From positions 4,321 through 68,320 of the forward strand of contig CAMZNU010000002.1 of NCBI GenBank assembly GCA_947313885.1: DNA of 64,000 nucleotides. The letters run 5' to 3'. This DNA is from an uncultured Clostridia bacterium (GTDB taxonomy: Bacteria; Bacillota; Clostridia; Lachnospirales; CAMZNU01). The notes under the pieces are model-generated. The model saw nothing but the letters and a program-made list of their open reading frames with translations. It was not told the DNA's origin and searched no databases. Positions 58,451-64,000 of this stretch are shown here, one piece after another (within the stretch, counting starts at the first letter, position 1; each line of letters begins with the position of its first letter). The translations under genes and the position numbers were made by a program.

Positions 58451-59893
58451 ATGAAAGAACTTTTTATAGAGACACGTGGTAATATTAGTAAATATATTTT
58501 GTTAGAAGATAAAAAGATACAAAACTTAATAGTAGAAAGTAAAGAGTTTGAGTCTTTAGTAGGAAATATATATGTAGGACGTGTTACGAACATAGTAAAT
58601 AAAAATTTTGCTTTCATAAATATCGGGTTAGATAAAAATGCTTTTTTAGATTTAAATGATAATAAAGAAAGTTTGTTGCTAAGTTATGCAGGTGATAAAA
58701 GAAAAATTTTAATAAAACAAGGCGATGCTATTTTAGTACAAGTAACAAAAGATTCATCAGGAGAAAAAGGTGTAGCTGTTACTAGTCAGTTTAATTTAAA
58801 CAGTGAAAATTTAGTAATGTACGTAAGTGAAAAAAATAATATAGGTGTTTCGAAAAAAATACACGAGGAAAGCAAACGTACTAGCTTAAGAGAGTTAGGT
58901 GAGAAATTAACTGATAATGAGTATAGTCTAGTATTTCGAACTAATAGTAAAAATTTATTAGAAAGGGATATAGTAGAGGAATATAATTCGTTAGTTAAAA
59001 AATTTAATACTATAAAAGAAAAAGGCAACTATGCTAAACCACCGTTTTTATTAATGAAAGAAGACAACAAAGTATTAAAAGTAGTAAATGAGATAATAGA
59101 AAAAAATACAGAAATAGTAGTGTTTAACGATAATGAAACATATAACAAATTAAAAGATATATTAGAGAAAAAAGATATTAAAACAAGATTGCTAAGTCTA
59201 GAAGAAAATGTAGAATATACAAACACCTTTAATAATACGTTAGAAAAATTGTTCCATAAAAAGATATGGTTAAAATCGGGCGGGCATTTAATTATAGAGG
59301 AGACGGAGGCGTGTGTTGTTATAGATGTTAATTCATCAAAAGCAGTTAACAGTAGAAATAACAACAAAACAGTTTTGAAAGTAAATATAGAAGCGTTACA
59401 AGTTGCTAGCCAGCAAATAAAACTAAGAAATTTAAGCGGTATAATTATAATAGATTTAATAGACATGAGGTATGATAGCGATAAAAAGAAGGTTTTAAAA
59501 ATGGCCAATACTATATTTAGAGAGGATAAAATTAAAACATTTGTAGTTAGTATGACAGAGCTTGGGTTATTACAGTTAACAAGAAAGAAAAAAAGAGAAT
59601 CAATAAGTAAAACTCTTAAAAAGAAATGTGTTTATTGTGATGGAGTAGGTACAAGTTTAAGTGTGGAATATGTGTGCGATAATGTTTTGCGTGAACTATT
59701 TTCATTAATAGTAAATACAACTTGTAACACGTTTGAAATTAGATGTAATGAAAAAGTAATGAAATATATAAAAAATAACAAAAAAAATTTCAATGATCTT
59801 GAAAAAAATTACGAAGTGAAAATAGATTATAAATGTATAACAACAGCAAAAATAGAATATTTTGAAATCGATAAAAATATTAAGAGGTGTTAA
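58451..59893 (+). CDS. rng: Ribonuclease E/G family protein (RNase G-like)
   Basis: 480 aa. N-terminal S1 domain (GNIYVGRVTNIV..NFAFINIG), DNase I-like core (VVIDVNS), C-terminal CxxC. Confidence 0.8.
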   Translation: MKELFIETRGNISKYILLEDKKIQNLIVESKEFESLVGNIYVGRVTNIVNKNFAFINIGLDKNAFLDLNDNKESLLLSYAGDKRKILIKQGDAILVQVTKDSSGEKGVAVTSQFNLNSENLVMYVSEKNNIGVSKKIHEESKRTSLRELGEKLTDNEYSLVFRTNSKNLLERDIVEEYNSLVKKFNTIKEKGNYAKPPFLLMKEDNKVLKVVNEIIEKNTEIVVFNDNETYNKLKDILEKKDIKTRLLSLEENVEYTNTFNNTLEKLFHKKIWLKSGGHLIIEETEACVVIDVNSSKAVNSRNNNKTVLKVNIEALQVASQQIKLRNLSGIIIIDLIDMRYDSDKKKVLKMANTIFREDKIKTFVVSMTELGLLQLTRKKKRESISKTLKKKCVYCDGVGTSLSVEYVCDNVLRELFSLIVNTTCNTFEIRCNEKVMKYIKNNKKNFNDLEKNYEVKIDYKCITTAKIEYFEIDKNIKRC

Positions 59894-61258
59894 ATGGCAA
59901 AGGTAAGATTTGTATATGTATGTCGAGAATGTGGATATGAAACACCAAAATGGATGGGCAAATGTCTAGATTGTGGTTCATTTAATAGTTTTACAGAAGA
60001 TGCTATAGAAGAAAAAAAAAAGGTTACAGCGCACACATTAACAAGTACAAAACCTATGCGGTTATCGGAAATAGAGATTTTAAAAAGTAATAGACTAAAA
60101 ACGGAGTTTGAGGAATTAAATAGAGTTTTAAGTGGTGGTTTAGTAGATGGATCTCTTACGTTAGTAGGTGGTGACCCAGGGATTGGAAAGTCTACATTGC
60201 TGTTACAAATATGCCAAGGTATATGTGAGGACAAAAAAGAAGTAATATATATATCAGGTGAGGAATCAGTACAGCAAATAAAACTTAGAGCGAATAGGTT
60301 AAATATAACTAGTGAAAATTTATTATTGATGGCAGAGACAGACATGAATAATATAGAAAGTGTTATAAAACGAAACAAGCCAACATTAGTAATAATAGAT
60401 TCTATACAGACTATGTATAGGGAAGATATTAATTCATCGGCGGGAAGTGTAACCCAAACAAGAGAATGTGTAACTACATTTATGAAATTAGCAAAAGGTT
60501 TAAATGTATCAATAATATTAGTAGGACACGTTACTAAAGAAGGAAATTTAGCAGGACCTAAAATGCTAGAACATATGGTAGACACAGTTATATACTTCGA
60601 AGGTGATAAAAATGCAAGTTATAGGTTAATAAGAGCGGTGAAAAACAGGTTTGGTTCTACAAATGAGATAGGAATATTTGAGATGAGAGCAGAAGGTTTA
60701 GTAGAGATTACAAACCCGTCAGAATATATGTTATCGGGAAGACCAATAGATATGCCAGGGTCAGTAATTACGTGTAGCGTAGAAGGTACAAGACCAATAT
60801 TAACGGAGGTTCAAGCGTTAGTAAGTATAACAAATTTTGGAATGCCAAGACGTACAGCAAACGGGATAGACTATAATAAAGTAGTTATGTTAATGGCAGT
60901 ATTAGAAAAAAGGGCGAGTATGCAACTTAGTAACTATGATGCATATGTAAATTTAGCAGGTGGCATGAAAATAGTAGAGCCGTCGTTAGATGTAGCGATA
61001 ATATCGGCAATAGCATCAAGTTATAAAAATATAGCAATAGATCCGTATACGATGGTATTAGGAGAAGTTGGTTTAACAGGAGAAATAAGAGCCGTAACAA
61101 ATGTAGAAAAAAGAGTTAAGGAAGGAAAAAAATTGGGATTTAAGCAATGTATAATTCCACAAGCAAATTTAAAAGGGTTAGAAAATCTAGGTAGTATGAA
61201 AGTGTACGGAGTTAGTAATATAGGAGAATTAATACAACTATTATTTAAAGGAAAGTGA
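59894..61258 (+). CDS. radA: DNA repair protein RadA/Sms
   Basis: Zn ribbon (CRECGY..CLDCGS), Walker A GDPGIGKST, KNRFG motif, Lon-like C-terminus. Confidence 0.95.
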   Translation: MAKVRFVYVCRECGYETPKWMGKCLDCGSFNSFTEDAIEEKKKVTAHTLTSTKPMRLSEIEILKSNRLKTEFEELNRVLSGGLVDGSLTLVGGDPGIGKSTLLLQICQGICEDKKEVIYISGEESVQQIKLRANRLNITSENLLLMAETDMNNIESVIKRNKPTLVIIDSIQTMYREDINSSAGSVTQTRECVTTFMKLAKGLNVSIILVGHVTKEGNLAGPKMLEHMVDTVIYFEGDKNASYRLIRAVKNRFGSTNEIGIFEMRAEGLVEITNPSEYMLSGRPIDMPGSVITCSVEGTRPILTEVQALVSITNFGMPRRTANGIDYNKVVMLMAVLEKRASMQLSNYDAYVNLAGGMKIVEPSLDVAIISAIASSYKNIAIDPYTMVLGEVGLTGEIRAVTNVEKRVKEGKKLGFKQCIIPQANLKGLENLGSMKVYGVSNIGELIQLLFKGK

Positions 61259-61268
61259 TGGTGAAAAT

Positions 61269-62582
61269 ATGAATAGTTTAAAAATTATAAGAAATTATCT
61301 AGCAATAGTTATGGGATTTGTAATAGTATCATCGGGAGGAATGTTTTTAGGGATTAGAGCTTATGAAATGTTGTACGTTGAGGAAAGTACAGGACCATCA
61401 AATAATTTTTATGAAAAAGAAGATGACGATAAAAAAATTGAAGATGAAGATGAAGAAAAAAGCGGATTTTTAAAAGCACCGAAGAAAACAAACTTTGTAC
61501 TATTAGGAGTAGATGAAAATGAATATTTAACAGATGTAATAATGGTAGGTAGTTTTGATAGGGATTCGCAAGTAATAGATATAATATCAATACCGCGTGA
61601 TACATATACAGAGTTTAGTAGTGAAGAAAAAGCAAAGTTAAACAAAATAGGTATTTATCCGCCAGACATGATGAAATATAATGCAGTACATAGTTATACA
61701 AAAGATGCATTAGGTACAGAGTTTATGATTGAGCATATAACAGATAACTTTGGTATTAAAATTGATTACTATGCAAAAGTTAATTTAAAAGGATTTAGAG
61801 ATATAGTAGATGCTATAGGCGGAGTGGAGTTTGACGTACCAGTGGACATGGTATATAGTGATCCTTTGCAAAATTTATATATAAATGTGCCAAAAGGCAA
61901 ACGAGTGTTAACAGGGAAAGAGGCAGAGGGAGTAGTGAGATATAGATCGGGGTATGTAGGTGGAGATTTAAAGAGGTTAGAAGTGCAACAAGATTTTATG
62001 GTAGCAATGTTTAAAAAACTTTTATCTTTTGAAACTATAATAACAAAACCTATGGAAATATTAAGAATAATTATATCTAATGTAGAAACTAACTTTAAGT
62101 TAACAGATGCACCTAAGTATGTGGAGTATTTACCAAAGTTAAGTTTAGATAAATTTAATACCCATACGATGCCAATAGATGAAGATAAATTAACACAGTC
62201 AACATATGTTATACCTGATAAGGATAAGTTAACAAAATTAGTTAATGAAATATTTTATGGTGACAGACTTTTTACAATTGAAGGCAAGGATGCGGTGTAT
62301 AATAAAGAGATAGAAGTCTTAAACGGTTCAAAGATAAACGGCTTAGCAGGTAAAACGAAAGAAAAATTAACAGAGTTAGGGTTTAATGTAACTAGTTATG
62401 GGACGTACCAAGATGATGGTGAAGGATTTATGAATGAGACGAGAATAAAAGTAAAAGCAGGAATAAATATAGAGGAGTTAGAGAAACATTTTGAAAATCC
62501 GAGTGTTGAATATACGTTAAAGAAAAGTGATTTATATGATATACAAATAATAATAGGTTTAGATGGTAAAGTTATAGAATAA
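61269..62582 (+). CDS. LytR-CpsA-Psr (LCP) family protein with a LytR_C domain
   Basis: N-terminal TM anchor. LCP core (SIPRDTY, GGVEFDVP, R.R....GDL.R...Q). C-terminal VLNGS..GLAG LytR_C pattern. Confidence 0.85.
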   Translation: MNSLKIIRNYLAIVMGFVIVSSGGMFLGIRAYEMLYVEESTGPSNNFYEKEDDDKKIEDEDEEKSGFLKAPKKTNFVLLGVDENEYLTDVIMVGSFDRDSQVIDIISIPRDTYTEFSSEEKAKLNKIGIYPPDMMKYNAVHSYTKDALGTEFMIEHITDNFGIKIDYYAKVNLKGFRDIVDAIGGVEFDVPVDMVYSDPLQNLYINVPKGKRVLTGKEAEGVVRYRSGYVGGDLKRLEVQQDFMVAMFKKLLSFETIITKPMEILRIIISNVETNFKLTDAPKYVEYLPKLSLDKFNTHTMPIDEDKLTQSTYVIPDKDKLTKLVNEIFYGDRLFTIEGKDAVYNKEIEVLNGSKINGLAGKTKEKLTELGFNVTSYGTYQDDGEGFMNETRIKVKAGINIEELEKHFENPSVEYTLKKSDLYDIQIIIGLDGKVIE

Positions 62583-62587
62583 AATAC

Positions 62588-62616
62588 TTGTAATTATATA
62601 AAAAAGAATGTATAAT
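62588..62616 (+). promoter_or_regulatory. SigmaA-type promoter for rplS
   Basis: TTGTAA, 17-nt spacer, TATAAT (62611-62616), giving a leader of about 75 nt. Confidence 0.6.
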
Positions 62617-62696
62617 ACTGTGTGTATAAGAAATGTTCCGCTGTTATTACATAGTGTATTGGATAAGAACATTTTATAGATAAAAAGGAGAAAGAT

Positions 62697-63053
62697 ATGA
62701 ACGCAACAATAATAAGAGAAATTGAGAAAGAACAATTAAGAAGTGATATTACAGATTTCAACGTAGGTGATACAGTACGTGTATATGCTAAAATCGTTGA
62801 AGGAACAAGAGAAAGAGTTCAAATGTTTGAAGGTGTAGTACTTAAGAAACAAAACGGAAGCTTAAGAGAAAACTTTACAGTTAGAAAAATCGCAAGTGGT
62901 GTAGGGGTTGAAAAAACTTGGTTAATGCATTCACCAAGATTAGAAAAAATTGAAGTTGTACGACGCGGTATAGTAAGAAGGGCAAAATTATACTACTTAA
63001 GAGATAGAGTAGGAAAAGCGGCTAAAGTTAAAGAAGATATAAGAAATAGATAA
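62697..63053 (+). CDS. rplS: 50S ribosomal protein L19
   Basis: 118 aa with DF.VGDTVRV..KI.EG.RER.Q.FEG.V and RRAKLYYLR. Confidence 0.96.
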   Translation: MNATIIREIEKEQLRSDITDFNVGDTVRVYAKIVEGTRERVQMFEGVVLKKQNGSLRENFTVRKIASGVGVEKTWLMHSPRLEKIEVVRRGIVRRAKLYYLRDRVGKAAKVKEDIRNR

Positions 63054-63065
63054 TAAAAAAATAAA

Positions 63066-63094
63066 AAAAAAAACCACTTAGGTGGTTTTTTTTA
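63066..63094 (+). terminator. Terminator after rplS
   Basis: aaccac ttag gtggtt hairpin flanked by an A-run and a T-run. Confidence 0.85.
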
Positions 63095-63130
63095 TATTAT
63101 AAAAATATGAGAAAAATTAGGAGGGAAAAA

Positions 63131-64000
63131 TGAAAAATAGAAAACCAGAGAAAAAAATAGACGAGAGAGATACGATGTTTGCGAGAATGAAATATGTAGA
63201 AGGAAGTAAAGAATATAAAGATTATTATTTAAGAAATAAACATTTAAAAGAAATAGATGATAATTTAAGAAGTAAGGGAGGGATTGGAGCTGATGATACG
63301 GTATTTTATAATGAAGGTGTATCAGAAGCTATTAATAGTAATTTTAAGTTACTAAATGATATAAAACATTTATCAAAAATAGAAAGAGGTAGCGAGAAAA
63401 TAGAGATAAATGAAAAAAGGGTTACAAATATAATAAAAGGGTTGTGTAAAACCTATGGTGCATTAGACGTTAGTGTAGTAGAGCTTAAAGATGAGCATTA
63501 TTATTCACATAGAGGTAGAGATGAATTTTATGGTGATGAAATAACAGAAAATATGAAACATAAGTATGGAATTGTATTTACTGTACAGATGGAAAAGGAA
63601 ATGATAAATACAGCACCACGAACGCCTGCAACGTTACAGTCATCAAAAAGTTATGTAGACTTAAGTATAATAGGATTACAAATAGGATATTATATATCAA
63701 GTTTAGGGTATGATAGTTTTGTAAATATGGATGCTAATTATTTGTTAAACGTAGTGCGGGTAGCAAATGATAGCCCATTAGGAGAAGTTGGTAGAAACAA
63801 TTTATTAATAACACCTAAAAATGGTGCAAGTGTAAGAATTGGAGTAGTAGCTACAAACATTCCGTTAGTCATTGATAAAAATAAAACCTATGGAATAAAA
63901 GAACATATGTGTTCTATATGTAATTTGTGCGGTGTTACGTGTCCGTCAAAGTCAATAGATTTAAGTGATGATGAAAATAAGTGGTCAATAAATCAAGAAA
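63131..64000 (+). CDS. Fe-S protein of the reductive-dehalogenase/QueG-like type, 3'-truncated by the window edge
   Basis: Frame stays open from the ATG at 63131 (aggaggg RBS) to the window end (290 codons). Not in the ORF track because no stop is reached. Ends with CSICNLCGVTCP, a 4Fe-4S motif. The family assignment rests on the overall pattern only. Confidence 0.45.

Noticed and set aside
1-64000. tRNA, rRNA, CRISPR, IS elements, prophage genes, toxin-antitoxin or restriction/defence systems.
   Set aside because: None recognised on either strand. No cloverleaf-like GC-rich segments, no transposase, integrase or phage hallmark motifs in any ORF.

Overview
AT-rich (roughly 30% GC by eye) Firmicutes/Clostridia-type chromosomal segment. 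It shows spoIIID, ptb-buk, PolC and PFOR, and only two real genes lie on the minus strand. Gene order: (1) the 3' part of a pur operon (purF'-purM-purN-purH-purD). (2) A locus that looks built for cytoplasmic use of a sulfated sugar or oligosaccharide: an AraC::GH39 fusion, beta-phosphoglucomutase, GH3, a Cys-type sulfatase, a GPH symporter and an anaerobic sulfatase-maturating enzyme. (3) ptb-buk plus DUF368 and DUF2225 genes, bracketed by ~63-bp inverted repeats. (4) ung on the minus strand. (5) speD-speA-speE-speB. (6) spoIIID. (7) uppS-cdsA-dxr-rseP. (8) About 16.7 kb that sits between rseP and ispG-polC, which are usually adjacent. It holds rnr, tkt, a small membrane protein (minus strand), addB with no addA, a choline-kinase-like::Crp/Fnr fusion, ccdA and a TlpA-like thioredoxin. 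cydA-cydB follows and runs directly into an rnf-like gene set (rnfD-like, rnfG, rnfE, rnfA, a 53-aa Cys-rich micro-ORF, and a 94-aa RnfB N-terminal stub) with no rnfC. (9) ispG-polC, followed by three tandem 130-bp copies of the polC 3' end. (10) PFOR (nifJ). (11) Two tandem alanine/glycine:cation symporter paralogs. (12) rng-radA-LCP. (13) rplS. (14) A partial Fe-S (RdhA/QueG-like) gene at the window edge. The most interesting candidate is the cydAB/rnfC-less rnf hybrid operon. Its CydA appears to have an almost absent Q-loop, which suggests a quinol-independent bd-type oxidase fed by an Rnf-derived transmembrane flavin/Fe-S wire. All functional calls rest on motif and family recognition by eye; no database search was run.
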